A stretch of 64,000 nucleotides of DNA from an uncultured beta proteobacterium. Its GTDB lineage: Bacteria; Pseudomonadota; Gammaproteobacteria; Burkholderiales; SG8-41. The stretch spans positions 146,734 to 210,733 of the forward strand of contig CAWHFX010000019.1 of NCBI GenBank assembly GCA_963828715.1. The letters run 5' to 3'. Every line of letters begins with the position of its first letter. The first letter of the stretch is position 1. Below are positions 48,388 through 57,898 of the stretch, piece by piece. The notes below the pieces were generated by a model. It was not told where the DNA came from. It saw only the letters and a list, made by a program, of their open reading frames with translations, and did not search any database. The position numbers and the translations under genes were made by a program.

Positions 48388-48529
48388 ACTCCGACGTTGT
48401 GAGCCAGGCTGTAGCGCTACTCGACGAGCATCCGGATACGCCGCGGGCCATGGGTCAACACCGATCGTGGCTCGGACAACCGGCATAAAGGTCCCCCTTT
48501 TGAGCTCGGCAACCCGGGCTCTTTTTTTT
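48388..48529 (+). ncRNA. Candidate sigma-54-dependent small RNA (~140 nt)
   Basis: Lies between the -24/-12 promoter and a U-tailed terminator; closing stem GTTGTGAGCCA/TGGCTCGGACAAC; no credible ORF. Confidence 0.5.
48502..48529 (+). terminator. Rho-independent terminator
   Basis: GAGCTCGG-CAAC-CCGGGCTC followed by T8. Confidence 0.8.
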
Positions 48530-48665
48530 AGGAATAGCCGTTGCATTCCCGGGCTGACGGCCTGAACAGAAGGCGTCATCCGCGGATGCACAGTGGAAGC
48601 AGTCGAGGAGACGGCCGGCATACATCGGGATCGAATCATCGGGCCAAAAACACGAGAGAGAACAC

Positions 48666-48932
48666 ATGCGCAAATTGCGACGCCTACCCTGGCGAATTCC
48701 GAAACAACATCACGCCCAACCAGCGCCTGAAGCACATGAGAACGCCCCCCGTATAGACGAGGAACGTGAAGCGCGCCGGGAGCGCGAAAGGGAGCTGCAG
48801 AATTCACAGCCCGTGGCGTTCGCCGGCGGCCGTTATGTATACGGTTGCAAGCCGTCGCTGCCCCGAGCGAATACCGAGATTCGGCGTAAGACGCGCCATC
48901 GCCTGATCGGACCCTTCGCGCCGGTTTCCTGA
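48666..48932 (+). CDS. Hypothetical 88-aa basic/charged protein
   Basis: GAGAGAG upstream of ATG; no recognisable family. Confidence 0.35.
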   Translation: MRKLRRLPWRIPKQHHAQPAPEAHENAPRIDEEREARRERERELQNSQPVAFAGGRYVYGCKPSLPRANTEIRRKTRHRLIGPFAPVS

Positions 48933-49147
48933 CCGGCAGGTTCTGCCGGGCACTGCTGCACTCTGCACGCGCTGCCGAGCACTGTGCATTCGCGCTGCCC
49001 GCGTCTAAATCCCCTGTTCTGCGCACGTCTCACCCGGCGTGCGCGTCACGTTCCGGCCGTTCACGCGCCCGCGCGGCAAAGAGCCGGGTTGCGTCCGCGC
49101 GCCTGCTCGAGCACAGGTCCACTTCTGTTTTCATGACGAACGCGTCA

Positions 49148-49163
49148 CGGCACGCGCGTTGCA
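49148..49163 (+). promoter_or_regulatory. Sigma-54 (-24/-12) promoter
   Basis: CGGCACGCGCGTTGCA, GG-N10-GC with TTGCA, ~70 nt upstream of the DUF1328 gene. Confidence 0.75.
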
Positions 49164-49230
49164 GGAAGGCCCGCATTGACGCGGAGGCCGGGCATCACGC
49201 CCGGAAGCGTCAGAGAGAAAGGAGATGACC

Positions 49231-49398
49231 ATGCTTTACTACGCTGCGCTGTTCTTCGTGATCGCGCTCGTGGCCGCCTTGTTCGGATTTGGCGGCATTG
49301 CGGCGGGAGCTGCGGGGATCGCAAAAATCCTGTTCTTCGTATTCCTGGTGCTGTTTGTTGTTTCGCTCATCGCCGGCGCGATGAGAAGAGGACCCTGA
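49231..49398 (+). CDS. DUF1328 (YtjA/UPF0391) small membrane protein
   Basis: [64 protein letters not shown]; below the ORF-track cutoff. Confidence 0.92.
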   Translation: MLYYAALFFVIALVAALFGFGGIAAGAAGIAKILFFVFLVLFVVSLIAGAMRRGP

Positions 49399-49426
49399 GC
49401 ACGCCCATCGTTGAAGGAGCTCGAAG

Positions 49427-49600
49427 ATGTTGAAGTGGGCGCTCATCTTCTTTCTCATCTCGCTCGTCGCCGGATTTTTCGGCTTCACCGGTATTGCAGC
49501 GGGCGCAGCCAGTATCGCGAAGATCCTGTTCTTCCTGTTCCTGTTCGTCGCTGCCGCACTCGTGGTGATCGCCGTCATCGCGGGCAAGGCAATCTTTTAG
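49427..49600 (+). CDS. DUF1328 small membrane protein (second paralogue)
   Basis: [66 protein letters not shown]. Confidence 0.92.
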   Translation: MLKWALIFFLISLVAGFFGFTGIAAGAASIAKILFFLFLFVAAALVVIAVIAGKAIF

Positions 49601-49637
49601 GGACAGTCAAGAGCTCGGGAAACGGAAAGGAGGCAAC

Positions 49638-49775
49638 ATGAAACGCATCGTGGCTTTGATTCTGCTCGCAATGACCCTCGCCGGTTGCAACACCATGTCG
49701 GGCATGGGGCGCGATATCGAACGCGGCGGCGAGAAGATTCAGGATCAGGCGCGCGAGACTCAACGTAACATGTAA
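49638..49775 (+). CDS. Entericidin A/B family lipoprotein
   Basis: MKRIVALILLAMTLAG-CNTMSGMGRDIERGGEKIQDQARETQRNM; lipobox LAGC and CNTxxGxGxDI; AGGAGG RBS. Confidence 0.92.
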   Translation: MKRIVALILLAMTLAGCNTMSGMGRDIERGGEKIQDQARETQRNM

Positions 49776-49810
49776 GCGCGCACGGCTGCCCGTCGCGTCA
49801 GTCGAGGCGG

Positions 49811-49850
49811 AAAAAGAAGAGGGGAACCCACGGGTTCCCCTCTTCTTTTT
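49811..49850. terminator. Bidirectional rho-independent terminator
   Basis: AAAAAGAAGAGGGGAACCC-AC-GGGTTCCCCTCTTCTTTTT between the entericidin gene and sspB. Confidence 0.92.
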
Positions 49851-49886
49851 GCACGCGCGGTGTCGATTCGGGCGCCGCTGCGCCGC

Positions 49887-50291
49887 CTACTTGACGATCT
49901 GCAGCTTCGGGCGGCTCGGAGCAGGCTCCGTCGGCTCTGCTGCGGGTGCCTCCTGTGCCGGAGCCTCTGCCGCGGGTGCAGGCTCGACGGGGAAGAAGAG
50001 CCCCTGCCCGTTTTCGCGCGCAAAAATACCGAGCACCGCGTCCACGGGGATCGAGCACTCCCGCGAGACGCCATTGAAGCGTGCCGAGAACTGGACCGCG
50101 TCGTTACCGATCGTCAGGCGATGGGTCGCGTCGTAGCTCACGTTGAGCACGATCTCCCCGTTCTTCACGTACTCCGTCGGCACGCGTGTGTTCGCGTCCA
50201 CTTTCACTGAGAGGTAGGGCGTGAAGTTGCTGTCCGAACACCACTCATGAATGGCGCGGATCAGATACGGTTTGGTCGATTTCTCGGGCAT
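49887..50291 (-). CDS. sspB: ClpXP specificity-enhancing factor SspB
   Basis: STKPYLIRAIHEW, TPY, EIVLN, FSARF, ARENGQG, C-terminal PKLQIVK. Confidence 0.97.
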   Translation of the reverse strand: MPEKSTKPYLIRAIHEWCSDSNFTPYLSVKVDANTRVPTEYVKNGEIVLNVSYDATHRLTIGNDAVQFSARFNGVSRECSIPVDAVLGIFARENGQGLFFPVEPAPAAEAPAQEAPAAEPTEPAPSRPKLQIVK

Positions 50292-50299
50292 GGCGGAAC

Positions 50300-50899
50300 C
50301 TATTTTCGCATCACTTTCTCGGACGCCGTAAGTGCATCGATAAAAGCGGGGCGGCTGAACAGCCGTTCAGCATACTTCGCGATGGGCACGGCCTGCTTCG
50401 GCAACTGGATGCCATAGTAATCCAGCCTCCACAAGAGCGGCGCAATCGCGACGTCGAGCATGGAAAACTCGTCGCCCAGCATGTACTTCTGCTTGCTGAA
50501 GACCGGCGCGATCTGAGTAAGACTGTCGCGAATGATCGTGCGACCGCGCTCGGCCTGCTTCTGAGTGCCCTTCTCGATCGGCTCGATGTGGCTGAACATC
50601 TCCTGCTCGAACCGGAAAAGGAACAACCGTGCCCGCGCACGCATGACCGGATCGGCCGGCATGAGCTGCGGATGCGGGAAGCGATCGTCGATATATTCGT
50701 TGATGATGTTTGACTCGTACAGGATGAGGTCGCGTTCGACGAGAACCGGAACCTGGTTGTACGGGTTCATGACCGCCAGATCTTCGGGCTTGTTGAACAG
50801 ATCGACATCGACGATCTGAAAGTCCATGCCCTTCTCGTAAAGCACGATCCGGCAGCGCTGGCTGAAGGGACACGTGGTCCCGGAATAGAGGGTCATCAT
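50300..50899 (-). CDS. sspA: Stringent starvation protein A
   Basis: MMTLYSG, NPYNQVP, ESNIINEYIDDRFPHP, APLLWRL. Confidence 0.97.
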   Translation of the reverse strand: MMTLYSGTTCPFSQRCRIVLYEKGMDFQIVDVDLFNKPEDLAVMNPYNQVPVLVERDLILYESNIINEYIDDRFPHPQLMPADPVMRARARLFLFRFEQEMFSHIEPIEKGTQKQAERGRTIIRDSLTQIAPVFSKQKYMLGDEFSMLDVAIAPLLWRLDYYGIQLPKQAVPIAKYAERLFSRPAFIDALTASEKVMRK

Positions 50900-50918
50900 A
50901 GCGAGGCTCTTGCGGTAT

Positions 50919-51680
50919 TCAGTGCACGTCCTTCCAGTATTCCTTCTTCAGCGCATACGAGAGGGCGATCAGGATGAAAATGACGATCATCGCGCCGAGG
51001 CCGATGGTGACGCGCTCGTGGCGCGCAGGCTCGCTCATGTACGTCATGTAGTTCACGAGATCGGCTACGACCTGATCGTACTCGGCCGGCTTCAGGAGAC
51101 CGGGCTTGTCCAGGACCAGCCTCTGCACCATGCGCATGTAGCCGGGTCCCTGCTCTTCCACTTCTTTCACGACCTGCTCGCCCTGCAGCTGCCAGAGCGC
51201 GTGCGGCATCGCGACGTTGACATACACGGTGTTGTTCCAGCCGGTCGGCCGCTTCGGGTCCCGATAGAACGAGCGCAGATAAGTGTAGAGCCAATCGGTG
51301 CCCGAGCCTGCCTCGGACGAGCGGGATCTCGCGACGACTGTCAGATCCGGCGGCGCGGTGCCGAACCACTCCTTCGCCTCCAGCGGCGCCACTGCGGTCT
51401 TCATGAGGTCGCCGACCTTGACCCCGGTGAACACGAGATTGTCCCGAATCTGTTGCTCGCTCAAGCCGAGGTCCCGCAGCCGGTTGTAACGCATATAGCC
51501 GGCGCTGTGGCAGTTCAGACAATAGTTGACGAACGTGTGCGCGCCTCGCTGCAGCGAGGCCATGTCGTGCTCATCGATGGGCGCGCGATCGAGCTTGAGT
51601 CCTGCCTCCGACGCGAATGCAAGCAGGGGGATGAGTGCGATCGCCGCGACGAGAGCTCTCAAGGTCTTCATCGTCGTCAT
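50919..51680 (-). CDS. petC: Cytochrome c1
   Basis: SLQRGA, CLNCH heme motif, PPDL, AMPH, C-terminal TM and EYWKDVH. Confidence 0.97.
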   Translation of the reverse strand: MTTMKTLRALVAAIALIPLLAFASEAGLKLDRAPIDEHDMASLQRGAHTFVNYCLNCHSAGYMRYNRLRDLGLSEQQIRDNLVFTGVKVGDLMKTAVAPLEAKEWFGTAPPDLTVVARSRSSEAGSGTDWLYTYLRSFYRDPKRPTGWNNTVYVNVAMPHALWQLQGEQVVKEVEEQGPGYMRMVQRLVLDKPGLLKPAEYDQVVADLVNYMTYMSEPARHERVTIGLGAMIVIFILIALSYALKKEYWKDVH

Positions 51681-51681
51681 C

Positions 51682-53100
51682 TCAGTGCGTGAGCCGCGTC
51701 GGCGTCGGTCGGGTGCGATCCATGCGCGTATACCACGGCATCAGCAGAAAGAACGCGAAATAGAGAAGCGTGCAGAGCTGCGAAAGTCGCGTACCGAGGT
51801 CGGTCACGGGCTGGGTACCGAAATACCCGAGAACCACGAACACGATGACGAACAGCGCGAGCGCGCTTTTATAGAGCCCGCCCCTGTAACGGATCGACTT
51901 CACCGGGCTCACGTCGAGCCAGGGCAGCAGGAAGAAAATGAGGACCGCCAGTCCCATCAGCGCGACGCCCCACACCTTCGCATCGATCGTGAACAGGCCG
52001 GCGAGCAGGATCACGGCGACGACCGGAGTCACCATCTTCGCCCTGGCGCTTGCGGCGCTGCGCCAGATGAGGATCGTGTAGGCGACGACCGCGGCCGCCA
52101 GGACGTACGTGAACTGAGATGTGGTTGCACGAAGGATCGAGTAATACGGCGTGAAGTACCACACCGGCGCGATATGCGAGGGCGTCTTCAGCGGGTCGGC
52201 CGGAATGAAATTGTTGTACTCGAGGAAATAGCCGCCGAACTCCGGCATGAAGAACATGATGATCGCGAAAATCGCGAGAAACACCATCACCCCGAGCGTG
52301 TCCTTCACCGAGTAATACGGATGGAACGGAATGCCGTCGACCGGATGCCCGTCGGGTCCCAGGTTCGCCTTGATCTCGATGCCGTCCGGATTGTTCGATC
52401 CAACTTCATGTAACGCCATGATGTGCGCGGCGACGAGGCCGAGCAGCACGAGGGGAATCGCGATCACGTGGAAAGAGAAGAAGCGGTTCAGGGTCGCGTC
52501 GGACACGACATAGTCACCGCGGATCCACAGCGCGAGTTCCGGTCCGATCAATGGCAGCGCATCGAACAGGTTGACGATCACCTGCGCGCCCCAGTAGGAC
52601 ATCTGGCCCCACGGCAGCAGATAGCCGAAGAAGGCCTCGGCCATCAGCATGAGATAGATCAGCATGCCGACGATCCACAGGAGCTCGCGCGGACTGCGAT
52701 AGGACCCGTAGAGAAGTCCGCGGAACATGTGCAGGTAGATGACGATGAAGAACGCGGACGCACCCGTGGAATGCATGTAGCGGATGATCCACCCGCCCGG
52801 CACGTCGCGCATGATGTATTCCACCGATGCGAACGCCTGTCCCGCATCAGGCTTGTAATGCATGACTAGAAAGATACCGGTCGCGATCTGGATGACCAGC
52901 ACGAGGATCGCGAGCGAGCCGAAGTAGTACCAGAAATTGAAATTCTTCGGCGCGTAGTACTCGGATGCGTGCTCACGCCACAGGGTCAGAAGAGGAAAGC
53001 GCTGGTCGACCCAGGTGAGCAGCCCGTTCAGCGGTCCCGCACCGGTGACCGGCGGCTTGTTCTTGTGTGAGATCGGCGGTTTGGTGTGAGTCACGTCCAT
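51682..53100 (-). CDS. petB: Cytochrome b
   Basis: NFWYYFGSL, RYMHSTGAS, GYLLPWGQMSYWG, PVWY variant of PEWY. Confidence 0.97.
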   Translation of the reverse strand: MDVTHTKPPISHKNKPPVTGAGPLNGLLTWVDQRFPLLTLWREHASEYYAPKNFNFWYYFGSLAILVLVIQIATGIFLVMHYKPDAGQAFASVEYIMRDVPGGWIIRYMHSTGASAFFIVIYLHMFRGLLYGSYRSPRELLWIVGMLIYLMLMAEAFFGYLLPWGQMSYWGAQVIVNLFDALPLIGPELALWIRGDYVVSDATLNRFFSFHVIAIPLVLLGLVAAHIMALHEVGSNNPDGIEIKANLGPDGHPVDGIPFHPYYSVKDTLGVMVFLAIFAIIMFFMPEFGGYFLEYNNFIPADPLKTPSHIAPVWYFTPYYSILRATTSQFTYVLAAAVVAYTILIWRSAASARAKMVTPVVAVILLAGLFTIDAKVWGVALMGLAVLIFFLLPWLDVSPVKSIRYRGGLYKSALALFVIVFVVLGYFGTQPVTDLGTRLSQLCTLLYFAFFLLMPWYTRMDRTRPTPTRLTH

Positions 53101-53105
53101 TCGAC

Positions 53106-53699
53106 TCAGGCTCCCTTGCTGTCTTCGCCGATGACGAGTTTCGTGTCGGCCAGAAACTTGTACGGGGGCACCGTCAGGTTGTCCGGCGCGGGCTTGTTCC
53201 TGTAGACCCGGCCCGCGAGATCGAACAGCGATCCGTGGCAGGGGCAGTAAAAGCCACCGCGCCAGTCGGCCTCGAAAGCCTCGGGTTGTGCAGCGAAACG
53301 GTCTACCGGCGAGCAGCCCAGATGGGTGCAGATGCCGACGACGACGAGATATTCCGGCTTGAGGGAACGGAATTCATTCTTGGCGTAGTCGGGCTGCTGG
53401 CTGCGCTTGCTTTCCGGGTCGGCGACGCGCGGGTCGTCCTCTTTGACCGCGTTGAGCATTTCGGGCGTCCGGCGGACGATCCACACCGGCTTGCCGCGCC
53501 ATTCCACCGTCATTTTCTGACCCGGGGCGAGCTGGCTGATATCGGCCTCCACGGGAGCGCCGGCCGCTTTGGCACGCTCGGAGGGCAGCATGCTTGCGAC
53601 GAACGGAACGGCGGCAGTAGCCGCCGCGACACCGCTCGCAACTGTCGTGGCCGTCAGGAGAAAGCGGCGCTTTCCCTCATCGAGCTCGTGGTCGGACAT
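53106..53699 (-). CDS. petA: Ubiquinol-cytochrome c reductase Rieske Fe-S subunit
   Basis: Tat KRRFL; CTHLGC and CPCHGS. Confidence 0.97.
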   Translation of the reverse strand: MSDHELDEGKRRFLLTATTVASGVAAATAAVPFVASMLPSERAKAAGAPVEADISQLAPGQKMTVEWRGKPVWIVRRTPEMLNAVKEDDPRVADPESKRSQQPDYAKNEFRSLKPEYLVVVGICTHLGCSPVDRFAAQPEAFEADWRGGFYCPCHGSLFDLAGRVYRNKPAPDNLTVPPYKFLADTKLVIGEDSKGA

Positions 53700-53853
53700 G
53701 AATTCACCCGTATTGCGGAAGAAAAAGGCCGCATTTTACACAACCAAGCAGCCAGAAGTTAAGCAAACCATGAAAATTGTTCTGCTAATCAGAGGTTTGC
53801 GCTCACGGAATGCAAGCCCGTTAGGGCCGGCTAGCGGCACCTTTCCGCCAATG

Positions 53854-54600
53854 TCAGACCGGATTCGAAACGTCGATGAACTGGTGCGAGATCCCGAAGC
53901 GATCAGCAAGATGAGCGCCCAGTGCCTGCACTCCGTAGCGCTCCGTCGCGTGATGCCCGGCTGAGACGAACGCGACGCCGCTTTCGCGCGCGAGATGCAC
54001 GGTCTGCTCGGAAACTTCACCGCTGATGAAAACATCCACACCCAGACGCACGGCGTCCTCGAGGTAACCCTGCGCCGCCCCCGTGCACCAGGCGACGCGC
54101 TGCACCGGCCGCGCCGGATCGCCTATGACAAGCGGGTTACGCGACAGGCGTTCACCGATCCGTTGCACGAGGGCATCCAGGCGCAGGACCCCCGCAGCCT
54201 CGCCGTGAAAACCGAGATCCTGATCTCCGAACCGTCCAGCGACGGAGAAATCGAGCACGCGCGCGAGCGCGATGTTGTTGCCGACCTCCGGATGAGCATC
54301 GAGCGGCAGGTGGTATGCAAACAGACTGATGTCATGCGTCATGAGCAGCGCGATACGTCGCCGCCGGACTCCGGTTATGCGTGCGTCTTCGCCACGCCAG
54401 AAATAGCCATGATGAACCAGCATGGCGTCAGCACCGGCGGCAATTGCCTGTTCGATCAACTCGAGCGAAGCGGTCACGCCCGTGACGAGCGCGTTCACGG
54501 TCGCGCGGCCTTCCACCTGCAAGCCGTTTGGGCAATAATCGCGAAACCTTCCCGTGTCCAGATACTGGTCGAGGTAGGTTTCGAGCTCTGCTCGACGCAT
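53854..54600 (-). CDS. Nif3-like dinuclear metal centre protein (YbgI)
   Basis: DYCPNGLQVEG, VHHG, YHLPLDAH, GHHATER. Confidence 0.95.
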   Translation of the reverse strand: MRRAELETYLDQYLDTGRFRDYCPNGLQVEGRATVNALVTGVTASLELIEQAIAAGADAMLVHHGYFWRGEDARITGVRRRRIALLMTHDISLFAYHLPLDAHPEVGNNIALARVLDFSVAGRFGDQDLGFHGEAAGVLRLDALVQRIGERLSRNPLVIGDPARPVQRVAWCTGAAQGYLEDAVRLGVDVFISGEVSEQTVHLARESGVAFVSAGHHATERYGVQALGAHLADRFGISHQFIDVSNPV

Positions 54601-54650
54601 CAGTCACTCACGCTGCCAAAGAAACATTCTATCTCCCGGGGCCACGCGCA

Positions 54651-55802
54651 ATGATCCGCCGGCTGTGGCTCGTGTTCTGTCAGACCGCGACCATTTGCAT
54701 CGCAGTGTTGTTCGTCGTCTCTACATTGAGACCGGACCTGCTCGCCGGCAGTTCGCGTGAGGGCGTCGTCACGATCCGCGAAGCGCCCGCGCAGAGCGAA
54801 ATTCACAAGATTGCGTCGTTCAGCGATGCCGCGAACCGCGCGATGCCCGCAGTGGTGAATGTCTACACGAGCAAAGAGACGAAGGTGCCCCGACATCCGT
54901 TCATGGACGATCCGGTGTTTCGCCATTTTTTCGGAGAATCGTTCGAAACCCAGACGCGGAAGAGCACCAACCTCGGATCCGGCGTCATCGTGAGCGAGCA
55001 GGGTTACATCCTCACGAACAGCCATGTCGTCGAGGCCGCCGACGAGATCGAAGTCGCGCTTGCGGATACCCGACGCGCAAAAGCACAGGTCGTGGGGACC
55101 GATCCGGAAACCGATCTCGCCGTGCTGAAAATCGATTTGCCGAAGCTGCCCTCGATTCTGTTCGGACAATCCGACCAGGTGCACGTCGGCGATGTGGTGC
55201 TCGCGATCGGCAACCCCTTCGGTGTCGGGCAAACGGTCACGTTCGGCATCGTCAGCGCGCTCGGGCGCAATCACCTCGGCATCAACACGTTCGAAAACTT
55301 CATCCAGACCGATGCCGCGATAAACCCCGGAAATTCCGGCGGCGCGCTGGTGGACGCGAGCGGCAGTCTCATCGGTATCAACACCGCGATCTACTCCCGC
55401 ACGCCCGGTGGCGCCTCGCTCGGTATCGGCTTCGCAATTCCCGCAGGCACGGCGCGTCAGGTGCTCGAGCAGATCATGCAGACGGGCCAGGTCACCCGCG
55501 GCTGGATCGGTGTCGGGGTGCAGGACATGACGAGGGAGCTGTCGGAATCGTTCCGGCTGCCGGAAATCCGGGGCGCGCTCATCACGGAAGTCGTCCGTGG
55601 TACACCTGCCGAAAAGGCCGGGATACGGCTGGGAGACATTCTGGTCGGCGTCGAAGGGCAGCCCGTCACGGACTCGGCGAGCATGCTGAACCTCGTGTCC
55701 GCGCTGAACCCGGGTAAGCAGGCAACGATCCGGCTCGTGCGCAGCAATCAGGAAACGGACGTCAGGGTCATTGTCGGCCGCCGGCCGCTTCAGCAGCGCT
55801 GA
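54651..55802 (+). CDS. HtrA/Deg serine protease with one PDZ domain (DegS/DegQ-type)
   Basis: ATG 54651, N-terminal TM; LTNSH, TDLAV, GNSGG triad; RGWIG PDZ. Confidence 0.93.
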   Translation: MIRRLWLVFCQTATICIAVLFVVSTLRPDLLAGSSREGVVTIREAPAQSEIHKIASFSDAANRAMPAVVNVYTSKETKVPRHPFMDDPVFRHFFGESFETQTRKSTNLGSGVIVSEQGYILTNSHVVEAADEIEVALADTRRAKAQVVGTDPETDLAVLKIDLPKLPSILFGQSDQVHVGDVVLAIGNPFGVGQTVTFGIVSALGRNHLGINTFENFIQTDAAINPGNSGGALVDASGSLIGINTAIYSRTPGGASLGIGFAIPAGTARQVLEQIMQTGQVTRGWIGVGVQDMTRELSESFRLPEIRGALITEVVRGTPAEKAGIRLGDILVGVEGQPVTDSASMLNLVSALNPGKQATIRLVRSNQETDVRVIVGRRPLQQR

Positions 55803-55837
55803 ACGGGCCGTCGGAATTACCAGCCGACACGCGACGG

Positions 55838-55902
55838 AAGGAAAGGAGGTTACGGAGGGCAACCATCGGTTTCCCTCTGTTGCGTAAAGCGGCGAGCGCC
55901 GC
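55838..55902 (+). repeat. ~90-bp two-hairpin dispersed repeat, copy 3 (shortened)
   Basis: AAGGAAAGGAGGTTACGGAGGGCAACCATCGGTTTCCCTCTGTTGCGTAAAGCGGCGAGCGCCGC. Confidence 0.75.
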
Positions 55903-56695
55903 TCACTTTCGCTCGACGTCGACGCGGTCCAGATCCCCGTCCATCTGCGCGTCGGTTGGCGCCAGGTATGTGCCAGTCTCCTCGACCGGCTTCTTGAAGT
56001 AACGCGCGGCGAATAGCCCGAGCTCGTACAGCACGCACATCGGCAGCGCGAGCAGCAGTTGCGAAACGACGTCGGGCGGTGTCACCACGGCCGCGATCAC
56101 GAACGCGCCGACGACGAAGTAAGGCCGGGCATGCTTGAGCTGCTCCAATGACACGATCCCCATGCGCACGAGCAGGATCACGACCACGGGAACTTCGAAG
56201 GTCACGCCGAACGCCAAAAACATCGTCAGGACGAAATTCAGGGTACTGCTCGATATCCGGCGCCACCGCGATGCTCGCCGGCGCGACGCGGGCGACGAAG
56301 CTGAAGACCACCCCGAAAACGAGGAAGTAGCAGAACGCGACACCCATCAGGAACAGAACGGTACTCGCGATCACGAGCGGCAGCACGAGCTTCTTTTCGT
56401 GGGAGTACAGGCCCGGCGCCACGAATGCCCATGCCTGATAAAGGACGTACGGCAGCACGATCAGGAACGCGATCATCGCGGCCACTTTCACCGGGATCAG
56501 AAACGGCGTGATCACACCGGTCGCGATCATCTTCGAGCCTTGAGGCAACGAGTGCACGAGCGGATACGCCAGCACGTCGTAGAGATCGGAGGCCCACGGA
56601 AACAGGCACAGAAAAACGAGGCCGATCGCGATCAGCGAGTGCAGCAACCGGTCGCGCAACTCCATCAGGTGCGAAATGAAGGTGTCTTCGCTCAT
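55903..56695 (-). CDS. tatC: Twin-arginine translocase TatC (+1 frameshift at GGG ~56242)
   Basis: FISHLMELRDRL, AFVAPGLY; continues as LNFVLTMFLAFGVTFEVP...TPPDVVSQ. Confidence 0.93.
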
Positions 56696-56707
56696 GTGCT
56701 CGCGAAG

Positions 56708-57178
56708 CTAGACCGGTTTGTCAGCGGCGACGGTCGAACTGCCGAGATCGAGCTTCATCTGCGCGCTCGCCTCCGCCGGCGTGAGCTCTCCGGGCACCGT
56801 CTGGGCGGGCGCAGGCGCAGTGCTCGGCTGGGCTGCCGGCAGCGTCTCAACGGGAGCGACGGGCGGCGTCAGCGCCGGGTCGGCGATGGGATTGGCCTCC
56901 TGCGCGAGTTTCTGAAATCCGGATTCAGCCGCGGCGACTTCGCTCTTCACGGACTTTTCGAATGACTGCGCGGCGTCCTGTATCGTGTTCTGGAGCTTTC
57001 TCAACTCCTCCAGTTCCATCTCGCGGCTGATGTCGGCCTTGACGTCGTTCACGTAGCGCTGCATGCGGCCGAACAGATGGCCGAGCGTGCGCGCGACCTT
57101 GGGCAGCCGCTCGGGCCCGATGACGATCAGCGCCACGACGGCGATGACCAGCATCTCGGAGAAGCCGATGTCGAACAT
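56708..57178 (-). CDS. tatB: Twin-arginine translocase TatB
   Basis: MFDIGFSEM...IGPERLP. Confidence 0.96.
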   Translation of the reverse strand: MFDIGFSEMLVIAVVALIVIGPERLPKVARTLGHLFGRMQRYVNDVKADISREMELEELRKLQNTIQDAAQSFEKSVKSEVAAAESGFQKLAQEANPIADPALTPPVAPVETLPAAQPSTAPAPAQTVPGELTPAEASAQMKLDLGSSTVAADKPV

Positions 57179-57275
57179 TTCAGGGAGGCGGAAGTGAGAG
57201 GCGGAGGGCGCTACGAACTGCGAAAGCGGAAGGCGCCGGGTGAGGTCTTGCGTCTCTCGCCTCGCGCCCGAGGCC

Positions 57276-57497
57276 TCACGTCCGTGTCGTTTCCTTGCGC
57301 GCCTCGCCTTCGATCGTGGTACCGGCGGAGGGCGGAATCTCCGGCTTGTCCTTGTCTTCCTCGGTCTTCATGCCTTCCTTGAAGCCTTTGACGGCGCTGC
57401 CCAGATCGGTGCCAAGGTTGCGCAGCTTCTTTGTCCCGAAGATGAGGACCACCACCAGCAAAACGATGAGCCAATGCCAGATGCTGATCGAGCCCAT
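57276..57497 (-). CDS. tatA: Twin-arginine translocase TatA
   Basis: SIWHWLIV...FGTKKL...VKGFK. Confidence 0.96.
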   Translation of the reverse strand: MGSISIWHWLIVLLVVVLIFGTKKLRNLGTDLGSAVKGFKEGMKTEEDKDKPEIPPSAGTTIEGEARKETTRT

Positions 57498-57571
57498 GGA
57501 TCTACTCCCAGGTTGATTTCAGAGCCGCAGACCGATGGCAGCGCTGCGGCTGTCGGCGAGGAGCGCAGCGC

Positions 57572-57898
57572 TCAACCGCCACGCGAATTCTTTTCCTCGA
57601 TCCCGGAGGTGCCCTCGCGGCGCGCAAGCTCCGCGAGCACGTCATCGGGCCGCAATCCATGCCATGCAAGCAGCACCATGCAGTGAAACCAGAGGTCTGC
57701 AGTCTCGCGAATGACGTGCAGTTTATCACCCCCCTTCGAGGCGAGCAGGGTCTCCGCGGCCTCTTCTACGACTTTCTTCAGGATTGCGTCTTCGCCACTG
57801 GCAGCAAGCTTCGCCACGTACGAATTCGAGGCGTCCGCCGCCTTGAGCCGCGATTCGATGACCGCGGACACACGTTCCAGCACATCATGGCTTGTCAT
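57572..57898 (-). CDS. hisE: Phosphoribosyl-ATP pyrophosphatase
   Basis: ATG 57898 overlapping the hisI stop; [33 protein letters not shown]. Confidence 0.95.
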   Translation of the reverse strand: MTSHDVLERVSAVIESRLKAADASNSYVAKLAASGEDAILKKVVEEAAETLLASKGGDKLHVIRETADLWFHCMVLLAWHGLRPDDVLAELARREGTSGIEEKNSRGG

